DNA of 64,000 bases from contig CAZOXW010000003.1 of assembly GCA_964583925.1 (NCBI GenBank), forward strand, positions 3,297 through 67,296, given 5' to 3'. Position numbers and translations under genes: made by a program. Source of the DNA: an uncultured Bacteriovorax sp. (GTDB lineage: Bacteria; Bdellovibrionota; Bacteriovoracia; Bacteriovoracales; Bacteriovoracaceae). The notes beneath the pieces are model-generated. The model made no database searches and was not told the origin of the DNA. It saw nothing but the letters and a program-made list of their open reading frames with translations. Of the stretch, positions 1 to 8,810 are shown piece after piece (the first letter of the stretch is position 1; every line of letters starts with the position of its first letter).

Positions 1-1369
1 ACTTATTATGAAGTTCACCATAAAGTGACGATTTATAGAGTGGAACTGACTGCGAAAGTAGACGTTGATAAGTATTTTTCTCATCAATAATTTTACTATT
101 AAAAATACCTTCAACATGCACTTTTAATATTTCTCCTCCAGCACTACCTTTTGGATAGATATATTTAAACGTTCCTTTTAGTTCAGACTTTGGCGTTAAA
201 TAATTAGTTGGAGTTGCATAGCTATTTTTAATTTCATCGACAATCGAAGAAAGTTCACTACTATTTGTAATTGCTTTTTTATTTTCACTGTTCCCATTGT
301 ATACAAATTCAGGGCCTCCGCCATCCCCAGGATGAGGCAACATTAAGATGGAGAAAAGATTGTATTTAGATGTTGTCGTTTTTGATTTATTAATCAAGCT
401 TGAAATAAGCATTTGATCGGCTATCGCAAAAGAAGAAAAAAGTATTTCTTTTTTTGCATTATAAACTTCCTCAATAATTCGACTTAAACTTTTTACTTTC
501 GGACTTAATATAAACTCAAATTGAGTCGATCCGATCATTACTTTTGGATAAGATATTTTAACTTTATTCTTTAGAAGTTCTTTTATTTCGACTTCAGATA
601 ATGCCTCAATTTTGGCATTCTCATCTCTTTTAACTTCAAAAACACCTTTCTTATTAACTTTAAAAACTCCAGACATCTGTTGATCGAAATCAAGTTTTAA
701 AATGTCTGCTAATTTTTTATTATTGGCAAGAATTGAAAGTTCAACATTCTCTTGTGCTCCATGGTTAGTTGGATTAAACGAGCCAAACCATGCTTTGACT
801 AATTTTTCATCCTCATAATCTACAATCATGTATTTATTATGATTAAACATTGTCTCACAGCTTGGAGTTTTGTCATCAACGACCTGTACCGCTCCATTTT
901 GGCCAAGAGTATTTAATCTCGATCTCAATTCATCAAAATATTCTTTGTAGCCAGCTTTCCCGCTATAGCATAAATCTGTTGCGATATAAATTTTAACTTT
1001 GCGCTCGGCAGCTCTTATGAGAGCACTGAAAACATCTTTATGATTAAATTGAAAAACACTCATTCGAATAGAATGTTTAGCATTGTCAATGGTCTGTAAC
1101 ATCAACGGCAAAATTCCAACATTACCCGGATTGGTATATGGAGGTAAATTAAAAACAACTTTCGCATTACTTCCTAACTCGAATGTATTTTTAGAACTCA
1201 AATCTGTATAAAATAAACCTTCCTTTAATTCTCGAGGATAGGCTCTATCTTCGGCAACATAACGAGATACTTTGTCTGCTTTTTTAGTTTGATTAAAAGT
1301 ACACGAAAATAAAAAAAAGATCATCCCTCCAATGAGGAATGATCTTTTAAAGGCCATATTTTTTTTCAT
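1..1369 (-). CDS. Phospholipase D superfamily (Nuc-like, two HKD) lipoprotein, 3' end truncated by window edge
   Basis: Not in the ORF track; translated by hand from ATG at 1369: MKKNMAFKRSFLIGGMIFFLFSC (lipobox). First motif HNKYMIVD...GSFN...EN; second motif starts GELHNK at bases 19-2. Starts 1 nt after the stop of the upstream PLD. Confidence 0.85.
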   Translation of the reverse strand, partial: MKKNMAFKRSFLIGGMIFFLFSCTFNQTKKADKVSRYVAEDRAYPRELKEGLFYTDLSSKNTFELGSNAKVVFNLPPYTNPGNVGILPLMLQTIDNAKHSIRMSVFQFNHKDVFSALIRAAERKVKIYIATDLCYSGKAGYKEYFDELRSRLNTLGQNGAVQVVDDKTPSCETMFNHNKYMIVDYEDEKLVKAWFGSFNPTNHGAQENVELSILANNKKLADILKLDFDQQMSGVFKVNKKGVFEVKRDENAKIEALSEVEIKELLKNKVKISYPKVMIGSTQFEFILSPKVKSLSRIIEEVYNAKKEILFSSFAIADQMLISSLINKSKTTTSKYNLFSILMLPHPGDGGGPEFVYNGNSENKKAITNSSELSSIVDEIKNSYATPTNYLTPKSELKGTFKYIYPKGSAGGEILKVHVEGIFNSKIIDEKNTYQRLLSQSVPLYKSSLYGELHNK

Positions 1370-1370
1370 T

Positions 1371-2867
1371 TTAATTTCCGTTTGGGCATGCCCAGTAAGC
1401 TTTTTTAGTTGGGTCATAGTACATACAATCCCGGTTTTTAGTTAAGCCTGAAAAAATTCCAGGTGCTTTTTTATTAACATCTGCTCGCAACTTCATAACC
1501 TCAGGCCATGTTAGCGAAACGGCCGCATTAACATGTACAGGGTATGAATTATTTTTTGTTTCAAAAAATAATGCGAGGACATCTTCTTTTGGAAGATCAT
1601 CACTCGTTCTATTCCAAGACCATTGATTTAAAAATTCTTTATAAAAACTTTTAAATAGTTCATTATACTTTGCGCCTCTATAGACAACTAAATTATCAAA
1701 TTGATTTTGTTCTGCAGTTCTAGAAAGATTATATGAGCCAGATAATAAGACTGCATCATTAGCTAATTCATAATCAACTAAAACAAATTTGTGGTGATTT
1801 AAAAGCCAATAACGTGGACTTGGTTCATGTGAATAATACTTTACCCTTACCGGAGGAAGGGTTTTTCCTTTTAGTTTTGCCCAGTCTTCTACAAACTGTG
1901 GGCTCATTTCAAGGTCATTCGTGCGAGATTTATACTCTTGATTGTCAACTGCAAGTCGTACATCGACTCCCCTTTTAACTGCTTCTATCAGTGCATCTGA
2001 AACAACTCTGATGTTGAAATGATTTAATGACAAATAAATACTTTTCTTTGCATTTTTTATAGCATCCAATAAAACATCTCTTACAATCCAAGTTTGCTCT
2101 GCTGAACCTGAGTAAGTCTTTTTAACAAGACTAATATATTTTCCCGTTTTATATGCTTGAGAAGTTGATGTGTTTTCTTTTGTCGTCCAGTTCATTGAAC
2201 TAGAGTAAAGAGAAATATTGGACTTTGATGGAATATTTTCTTTTTTTGTTAAATCACTTAGTCTTGGGGCCATTGCTTCATTTTTAGTAAAAATATCTTT
2301 TGATCCATTCCATAAAATTGTAAATTCATTTTTAAAATCACTAATCAGCGATTTTATTTCTGATGAATTATCTTTCGATAATTCATGAAATACCATGTTC
2401 TCACTATACTTTGTTTTTGCTCCTCCTGAAAAATTGGCAGAGGTATTTACCACAACTTCATCGTCAACGACTGTAAATTTTTCATGCATATTCATTGGTG
2501 CAAATTTAAATTCGGCCCCCATTGCTTCAAGTTTTGGAACAACTCCGTTAACTTTTGGAGTGTCTTTTAAATCAGGATGGAGTACCACTCTGACTTTTGC
2601 TCCTCTTGATAGTGCTTTCTCAATTGCCTTATCTAATCCCCCATCACTCCAACTATAAGCTGTAATATGAGCATAAGATTTTGCATTAGATATTATTTCA
2701 TAGAGACGATTAAATGCTTCCTCTCCTTCACTAGGACACATCAATGCATCTGGTGAAGCTAAAACTGCATTAGGTACTCGCTCTATTGATGTTGAAACCG
2801 GCCCAGTCGCGCAAGCTTCTAAAAGTGTTAAAGCTAAAACTAGTTGAGTTACATTTTTAATTCTCAT
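1371..2867 (-). CDS. Phospholipase D superfamily (Nuc-like, two HKD) lipoprotein
   Basis: HEKFTVVD...SANFS and HHKFVLVD...SGSYNLS motifs; LLEAC lipobox; AGGAG RBS upstream. Confidence 0.88.
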   Translation of the reverse strand: MRIKNVTQLVLALTLLEACATGPVSTSIERVPNAVLASPDALMCPSEGEEAFNRLYEIISNAKSYAHITAYSWSDGGLDKAIEKALSRGAKVRVVLHPDLKDTPKVNGVVPKLEAMGAEFKFAPMNMHEKFTVVDDEVVVNTSANFSGGAKTKYSENMVFHELSKDNSSEIKSLISDFKNEFTILWNGSKDIFTKNEAMAPRLSDLTKKENIPSKSNISLYSSSMNWTTKENTSTSQAYKTGKYISLVKKTYSGSAEQTWIVRDVLLDAIKNAKKSIYLSLNHFNIRVVSDALIEAVKRGVDVRLAVDNQEYKSRTNDLEMSPQFVEDWAKLKGKTLPPVRVKYYSHEPSPRYWLLNHHKFVLVDYELANDAVLLSGSYNLSRTAEQNQFDNLVVYRGAKYNELFKSFYKEFLNQWSWNRTSDDLPKEDVLALFFETKNNSYPVHVNAAVSLTWPEVMKLRADVNKKAPGIFSGLTKNRDCMYYDPTKKAYWACPNGN

Positions 2868-2959
2868 AATACTCCTTATAAAAAGAATGCTATAAGTATT
2901 AAAACATACTAATTAAATAATTTTTAGACCTGAATAAATTTCCAGAGCAAGATAGTCAG

Positions 2960-4078
2960 TTAAAGTTTTGATTCAATCATAAACGAAAGTAACTTTGTTA
3001 ACCTCTCTAAATTCTCATAACTTATATTGTGAAAAAGTGAGATTCTAAATTGATTGCGCCCAAGCTTTCGATAGCCGTCAATCCCATATACCATCTTCTT
3101 TTTCTCAAGAAACTTTATAATTTCATCTGCATTTACTCTTTCATCAAGATCAATAGTCGCAACAGCAATTGATCTGAATTCCTCTTCTTTTATATAGCAT
3201 GATAGGTAGCTTGATTTTTCTGCCCACGTATAAAGTAAATTGGCCTTTCTCTTAGCCTCTTTTGTGACCTCACTATAACCTAAACTATTCATGTACTTCA
3301 CTTGTTCATTTAACATGAAAAGTGTTGCAAGTGCAGGCGTATTGTAGGTTTGATTTTGTTCAGAATTTGTTATGGCATGGGCCCAACTCATTATATCTGG
3401 AATATAGCGACTTTTATCTTCAGCAATTTTTAGTGCGCGATCGCGCGCTTTTTTTGACATAATCGCAATCCACAATCCACCATCGCTTGAAAAAACTTTT
3501 TGAGGAGAAAAAAAGTAAATATCAGTCTTAGAAACATCACATGGACACTGCCCTCCACCAGAGGTAGCATCGACTGCCAGAATTGTATTTTGGTCTACCA
3601 CCGGAAGCTTAGATAATTGAACCCCTGTTGAGGTTTCATTTAAAGTGACTGCAATTAAATCACTATCAGCTCTCGATTCACCATTAATTCCGTTCCCAAA
3701 AGGAACTGCTACATTTTCTGCTTTAATCCAAGGAATATTTTTAGAGCACTTAAACCACTTCTCAGAAAACTCTCCACAAGTAAAATGCGTCGCTTTTTTT
3801 TCAACAATACCAAGGCCAATCATATCAAATAATAAAGTAGCTCCACCATTTCCTAGCACAACAAGGTAATCGCTTGGCAAATTAAAATACTTTGTAAGTC
3901 CATCTTGAATTTCTTTAACAACATTTTTAACAGCACTCTTTCGATGTGACGTACCTAAATAATGAGGCCCTGCTTCTACCATTTTTTGAATATAATTCAT
4001 AGGTATTAACGAAGGCCCAGAACCAAAGCGTGGATCTGTTGGTATTAACTCTTTTGGGATTTCTAGATTTGAAAACAT
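2960..4078 (-). CDS. serC: Phosphoserine aminotransferase (actinobacterial-type)
   Basis: DPRFGSGPS, NETSTG, VDATSGGG, FSPQK (PLP lysine), QTYNTPA, YRKLGRNQFR; start moved to ATG 4078 behind a GGAG RBS. Confidence 0.88.
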   Translation of the reverse strand: MFSNLEIPKELIPTDPRFGSGPSLIPMNYIQKMVEAGPHYLGTSHRKSAVKNVVKEIQDGLTKYFNLPSDYLVVLGNGGATLLFDMIGLGIVEKKATHFTCGEFSEKWFKCSKNIPWIKAENVAVPFGNGINGESRADSDLIAVTLNETSTGVQLSKLPVVDQNTILAVDATSGGGQCPCDVSKTDIYFFSPQKVFSSDGGLWIAIMSKKARDRALKIAEDKSRYIPDIMSWAHAITNSEQNQTYNTPALATLFMLNEQVKYMNSLGYSEVTKEAKRKANLLYTWAEKSSYLSCYIKEEEFRSIAVATIDLDERVNADEIIKFLEKKKMVYGIDGYRKLGRNQFRISLFHNISYENLERLTKLLSFMIESKL

Positions 4079-4143
4079 ATATTTCTCCAATTGTTTTTAA
4101 GATTTATTTTGCCATTCTATCAAAATAAATTAATTATTACTAA

Positions 4144-4749
4144 ATGAATGTTAAATCATTTCTTATTATTCCGATTTTTATTGTCGGGTATTTTTTTACT
4201 TCACTCCCACTATGGGCGACAGAAAGCACCATTTCAATCGGTAACTTAAATGAATATATTAGAAAAATACAAACAAATGAAAATGGAGATTTGAATACCA
4301 TCAGTTTCAATCCCTACTTAGACTACAAACTAAATTTATCTTTTGAAGAATACCTAAAAAATACATTGTTTAACTTGGAATTTGGGGCAACTCTACCAAG
4401 ATCTGACAAAGATGCAAACACAAGCAGAATGAAATTTTTTTCACTCATTAATTTCTTATATCGCCCCAATTCCCATTTTGTAGGACTTGGCACTGGACTT
4501 TTTTTCACTAGAATATCGGGTAATGGTGGTGAGGAAACTCTCAATAACGGCAGTGGCACTAGCTCCTTTCCTCTTCCTGATAAAACTGTTATTTCGCGCA
4601 ATATGATTGTCAATTTTTTCTACGGATATCAATTTATTTCAAATTTTAACTTAGAGCTGCAAGTTTTAGGCTTTAATATTACCAATAAGGAAGATCGGGC
4701 CTTTAGTGTGGGGACAAGTATTGCCTATCGCCTAGGAGAATTATTTTGA
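4144..4749 (+). CDS. Exported protein, probable outer-membrane beta-barrel
   Basis: Signal peptide; alternating hydrophobic strands; aromatic C-terminal strand (VGTSIAYRLGELF); overlaps the next gene's start. Confidence 0.55.
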   Translation: MNVKSFLIIPIFIVGYFFTSLPLWATESTISIGNLNEYIRKIQTNENGDLNTISFNPYLDYKLNLSFEEYLKNTLFNLEFGATLPRSDKDANTSRMKFFSLINFLYRPNSHFVGLGTGLFFTRISGNGGEETLNNGSGTSSFPLPDKTVISRNMIVNFFYGYQFISNFNLELQVLGFNITNKEDRAFSVGTSIAYRLGELF

Positions 4750-5531
4750 TTTTAATAAATATTATTCTTTTGGCCATAACCACCAACTTAAGTGCTTTCA
4801 CACTTAACAACAACGCAAATTTGGCATTTAGTGAAAACCCAATTTATGTAAATGTCGCCGACGGCCTTTGCACAAATATTGGCCGAGATGAATTTGAGTT
4901 ACTTAGCATTGCTGAAGACGCTGTAAACCAATATTGGAATAAGGCAGTGACGGCGCGACTTAAAATTAGAAGAGGAAGCTTGAAATCTGTTGCATCAGAT
5001 TTTTATACCGATCTTATTTGCCAACCATCAACAAGTTGCGATCCTAATCCTACCCTTTCAGTCTCAAGTGATATTTTAATTAGCTGTAACAACAATACAA
5101 CCAATTTTACTTCTTCATCAATTTTGGCAATAACTGTACCAAACAATATATCTGGAACAAAAATCAAAGGTTCACTTATCATCTTAAATGATACGGCCTC
5201 AACAGTTATCGATCAAAAATCTAGAGATGAGTTAGTTGCGATTATTGCCCACGAAATTGGCCATGCTATAGGTCTTGGCCACTCGCCTGTTATTGATTCT
5301 CTAATGTATTTTAGTGTCGTCCCCAAACGCAGAAGTTTGGGTGTTGATGATATTGATGGTATTACTTATCTCTATCCAAAAGAGCAGCCAATCACCTGTG
5401 GACAAATTTCAGATTCAAAAAATAAATTAAAGGGACTCTTAATTCCAATGTTACTAGGACTAGTTATTACCTCAATTTTTTATTTAGCGTATTTAAAACT
5501 GCGGCCACGCTTCTCACATTCACTTTCATAA
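4746..5531 (+). CDS. Matrixin-family (M10) zinc metalloprotease with C-terminal membrane anchor
   Basis: HEIGHAIGLGH zinc motif, SLM Met-turn, signal peptide, C-terminal TM helix. Confidence 0.88.
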   Translation: MILINIILLAITTNLSAFTLNNNANLAFSENPIYVNVADGLCTNIGRDEFELLSIAEDAVNQYWNKAVTARLKIRRGSLKSVASDFYTDLICQPSTSCDPNPTLSVSSDILISCNNNTTNFTSSSILAITVPNNISGTKIKGSLIILNDTASTVIDQKSRDELVAIIAHEIGHAIGLGHSPVIDSLMYFSVVPKRRSLGVDDIDGITYLYPKEQPITCGQISDSKNKLKGLLIPMLLGLVITSIFYLAYLKLRPRFSHSLS

Positions 5532-7243
5532 TTTGAAAGCCACACTAATTCATCTTTTGAAAGAAGCTCAAGATTGATTAAATCATGATCAAATCCAACC
5601 CATACAAGATTTTCAAAACAAAGCATTCCAATAAATTGAGGGTGAGCTTTAACAAGCACAATATTCTCAAGTCGAACTCCACCAAAGCCAGGAAGATAGA
5701 TTCCTGGCTCTATTGAACCTATCGTATTTTCTTTCAGAGGAAGTGTTGATGCAGGTGAAATTCTAAATCCACCTTCATGCACATTTATGCCTACTCCGTG
5801 TCCCGTTCCATGATTATAATTATATCCAAATTGGTGCATCGGCTGTCTGGTTATTCCATCGATAAAAGCACCAATGGTACCAACTGGAAAGACGGCATTA
5901 AGGGCATTGAGAAAACCTTTTAAAACCAAAGTATAAATTTCTTTTTGCTTATCGCTTGCATTTTTTCCCAATAAAAATGTTCGAGTTGTATCTGTTGCAT
6001 AGCCTGATTTAAAATAACCTCCGGAATCTAAAAGTGCTAAATCATTTTCCTTTGCCATCGTCTTATCAGAAGGAGAGCCAAAGTGAATGATTGAAGAATT
6101 TGCACCAAAAGCAGAAATGGTTTTAAAACTCTGATCAATTGCTCCCTCATTTTTATAATATTCATTGCACATGTTATAAAAATCTAATTCTGAAATAGCT
6201 TTTTTTTCATGAACTTCTTTCTTTGCCCAATTTATTGTATTAAAGATCGCTTGATCAGCGCGATCAAAGCTAGATTTTATAGCAGAAATTTCAGCACTGT
6301 TTTTTACAGAATGGAAAGGAACTAAACCTTGCGCTCTTTTTTCTAATTTAGTTTCTCCAAATTTTGTTAAAAGTACTTGATAATCACTGGCCGTTAGTGC
6401 TGCTTCATCAAAAAATATTTTTCGAGGATCGAATTTTGCCCCAATTGTCTTATGATAAACATAAAAAAGGTCATCAAAAAAATCGTTAAGTTTTGAAAAA
6501 TTGCCAGGATAAACTGAAATATGTTGATCAGTTATTTCTCCATCATAGTCTTCCATCAAAAGATAAACATGATCATTTGTTAAAAAGGCCTTCGCACTGA
6601 AGGTACTTTGATTAGGAAAATCAAAACGCCGATAATTTGTCAGCCATGCGATTGAATCTAATGACGATATAAACATCGCTTCATTTGGGCCTAAAATTCT
6701 TTTTAACTTTTCTAAAGTTGTTTCCCCCGTTAAACTTTCATCAACTTTAAAAAGTTTTTTTGATACAGGTACTTTTTCTGTTTTAAAAAATGAATTAAAA
6801 AATAAATCCGAAAATAAGCAGACCTCAGAATTTTCTTTTAAAGATGTATAAAACGATAATTCAAGCCGATCACCATTCGCCGCAATCTTTTTCTGCTTAC
6901 GCTGCTTAATCTCAGCAAGCATTGCTTTTTTTATTCCTACACTCATTTCAACTTTATTAACTTGTACCAAATCTAAATCTACTTCAAGATCTGCTTGTTC
7001 AAAATATCTTCCATCCACATACAATTGAACTTTGCCATTGGAGGGAATAAAGACTTCTGCAGTTGACCCCGTAAACCCTGTAAAGTAATAACGTTGGCAG
7101 TCTATTAAAGGCACATATTCATTCAAAAAAATGTCACTAGAACTAACATAGACACCATCAAATTTTTCTTTGATAAGCCAGGCCTTAATTGCCAATATGT
7201 TTGATTTTATTTGATCATGACTGAGAAAGTGTGCTTTTTTCAT
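5480..7243 (-). CDS. Aminopeptidase P family (M24) Xaa-Pro peptidase
   Basis: FTGSTA, VDGRY, DSGGYF..GYATDTTRT, HGTGHGVG..VHE, SIEPGIY..GGVRLEN. Confidence 0.93.
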   Translation of the reverse strand: MKKAHFLSHDQIKSNILAIKAWLIKEKFDGVYVSSSDIFLNEYVPLIDCQRYYFTGFTGSTAEVFIPSNGKVQLYVDGRYFEQADLEVDLDLVQVNKVEMSVGIKKAMLAEIKQRKQKKIAANGDRLELSFYTSLKENSEVCLFSDLFFNSFFKTEKVPVSKKLFKVDESLTGETTLEKLKRILGPNEAMFISSLDSIAWLTNYRRFDFPNQSTFSAKAFLTNDHVYLLMEDYDGEITDQHISVYPGNFSKLNDFFDDLFYVYHKTIGAKFDPRKIFFDEAALTASDYQVLLTKFGETKLEKRAQGLVPFHSVKNSAEISAIKSSFDRADQAIFNTINWAKKEVHEKKAISELDFYNMCNEYYKNEGAIDQSFKTISAFGANSSIIHFGSPSDKTMAKENDLALLDSGGYFKSGYATDTTRTFLLGKNASDKQKEIYTLVLKGFLNALNAVFPVGTIGAFIDGITRQPMHQFGYNYNHGTGHGVGINVHEGGFRISPASTLPLKENTIGSIEPGIYLPGFGGVRLENIVLVKAHPQFIGMLCFENLVWVGFDHDLINLELLSKDELVWLSNYESECEKRGRSFKYAK

Positions 7244-7323
7244 AATTACCCAACTTTTTAGCTAAAGTATTTTTGCTTAAATTCCGATGAAGGCCATAGG
7301 ATTATAACTAGAGGGTGTATGAG

Positions 7324-7461
7324 ATGTCATTAAAACACAATATTGTTTTTATTATTTTAGGCCTATTTTTGTTTAAAATAGTGATCTTTGATAATGCTAG
7401 AAGCATAAATCTTAACAAAGGCAGAAAAGTCGCCCAAGAAAACTTCAAAACTTACCGCTAA
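7324..7461 (+). CDS. Small single-pass membrane or secreted protein (45 aa), not in ORF track
   Basis: Hand translation MSLKHNIVFIILGLFLFKIVIFDNARSINLNKGRKVAQENFKTYR; GAGGG RBS 8 nt upstream; fills the gap and overlaps the murD stop by 4 nt. Confidence 0.55.
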   Translation: MSLKHNIVFIILGLFLFKIVIFDNARSINLNKGRKVAQENFKTYR

Positions 7462-8792
7462 GAGAGCAGTTCTATAAAATGTTCGCCTCGTTTGGCATAA
7501 TTGGCATATTGATCAAAAGACGGAAAAGCTGGAGAAAAAAGAAGCACCCCTTTAAACCCCTCATTTTTTACATCTTCAACAACGTTTAAAAGATTATCGA
7601 AATTTTTATATTCAATCAGGCCTTTAATTTCTGATTCAATAATTGGGGCCATTTCTCCAATAAGATAGATCCGCTTCACACCTAATTTAATTTTATCTAA
7701 ATAAGGCATAATTGAATCGCCATGTCCTCGCTTTTTGCCACCAATGATTAAATATATTTCTCGCTTTAAATCCGCCATAGACAAAATAGCAGTAAGTGTC
7801 GCATCCCAATTTGTACTTTTAGCATCGTTATAGGCCAAAAAGCTTTGCTTGCAATCAACATATTCTATTCGGTGATGAACTCCACCAAAACTGTTCACAC
7901 TACTCTGTAATTTTACTGGGTCAAGTCCCAAATTATGTGTAGCAAGCAAAATAAAATTAAGATTTACTTGATTATGTTTACCTGGCAATTTGAACTGACT
8001 TAAATCCAAATCAATTTTAAAGTCCCGAGTGTCAAATGAGCTCTTTTTTACGTTCGTAATTGTCTGTGCCCAATCGGCAATTATTTTAAAGTCATGGGGA
8101 TATACAAGCAGTCCATCACTATTCATTTCCTTTATAATATTAAACTTTGCTTTGGCATATAGATTAATATCTGCATAGCGCTCACCATGATTTTGAAAAA
8201 TATTCAAAATAATTGCAATGTCTGGTTTAAATTTAAATGTGCTTTCTAATTGGAAACTAGATAATTCTAAAACAATATAATCACACTTTTTGTTTTCAGT
8301 TAATGCCATAAAAGCTAAATCACAAAATGGAATTCCGATATTTCCACCTGTAAAAACACTTTTTCCTTGATCCTCTAAAATTTTAGATAAAAAAGTTGTG
8401 GTCGTCGTTTTTCCATTAGTTCCAGTTATAGCAATTATAGGAGATAGCAAATTAAGTTCTGATAAAATATAATAGGCAAGCTCTATTTCCCCCCAAATCG
8501 GAATATTTAGCTTATTGGCCGTAGTTAAAACTGCGTGATCGCGAGGAATTCCTGGCGATAAAATAATTAAATCAAATGACGAAATAAATTGATCGGCGTA
8601 AGGATTTGAATCTGAATAGCATTGGTCGACAGTTAAAAAATTTGCCAAATGTTGTGAAGCATACCAATCCTTAGGATCACCAGAGTTAACGACTCCTAAT
8701 TTTAAATTGAGTTTCTTTAGTACCCTGATTGCGCTAATTCCAGATACCCCAAGGCCAAAAACTAATACTTTTTTATCTTTTAATTCTTTCAT
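7458..8792 (-). CDS. murD: UDP-N-acetylmuramoyl-L-alanine--D-glutamate ligase
   Basis: GLGVSG, SPGIP, ITGTNGKTTTT, GGNIG, ELSSFQLE, NDAKSTN, SPAFPSFDQY. Confidence 0.96.
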   Translation of the reverse strand: MKELKDKKVLVFGLGVSGISAIRVLKKLNLKLGVVNSGDPKDWYASQHLANFLTVDQCYSDSNPYADQFISSFDLIILSPGIPRDHAVLTTANKLNIPIWGEIELAYYILSELNLLSPIIAITGTNGKTTTTTFLSKILEDQGKSVFTGGNIGIPFCDLAFMALTENKKCDYIVLELSSFQLESTFKFKPDIAIILNIFQNHGERYADINLYAKAKFNIIKEMNSDGLLVYPHDFKIIADWAQTITNVKKSSFDTRDFKIDLDLSQFKLPGKHNQVNLNFILLATHNLGLDPVKLQSSVNSFGGVHHRIEYVDCKQSFLAYNDAKSTNWDATLTAILSMADLKREIYLIIGGKKRGHGDSIMPYLDKIKLGVKRIYLIGEMAPIIESEIKGLIEYKNFDNLLNVVEDVKNEGFKGVLLFSPAFPSFDQYANYAKRGEHFIELLS

Positions 8793-8810
8793 GATACTAA
8801 ACTATATACG

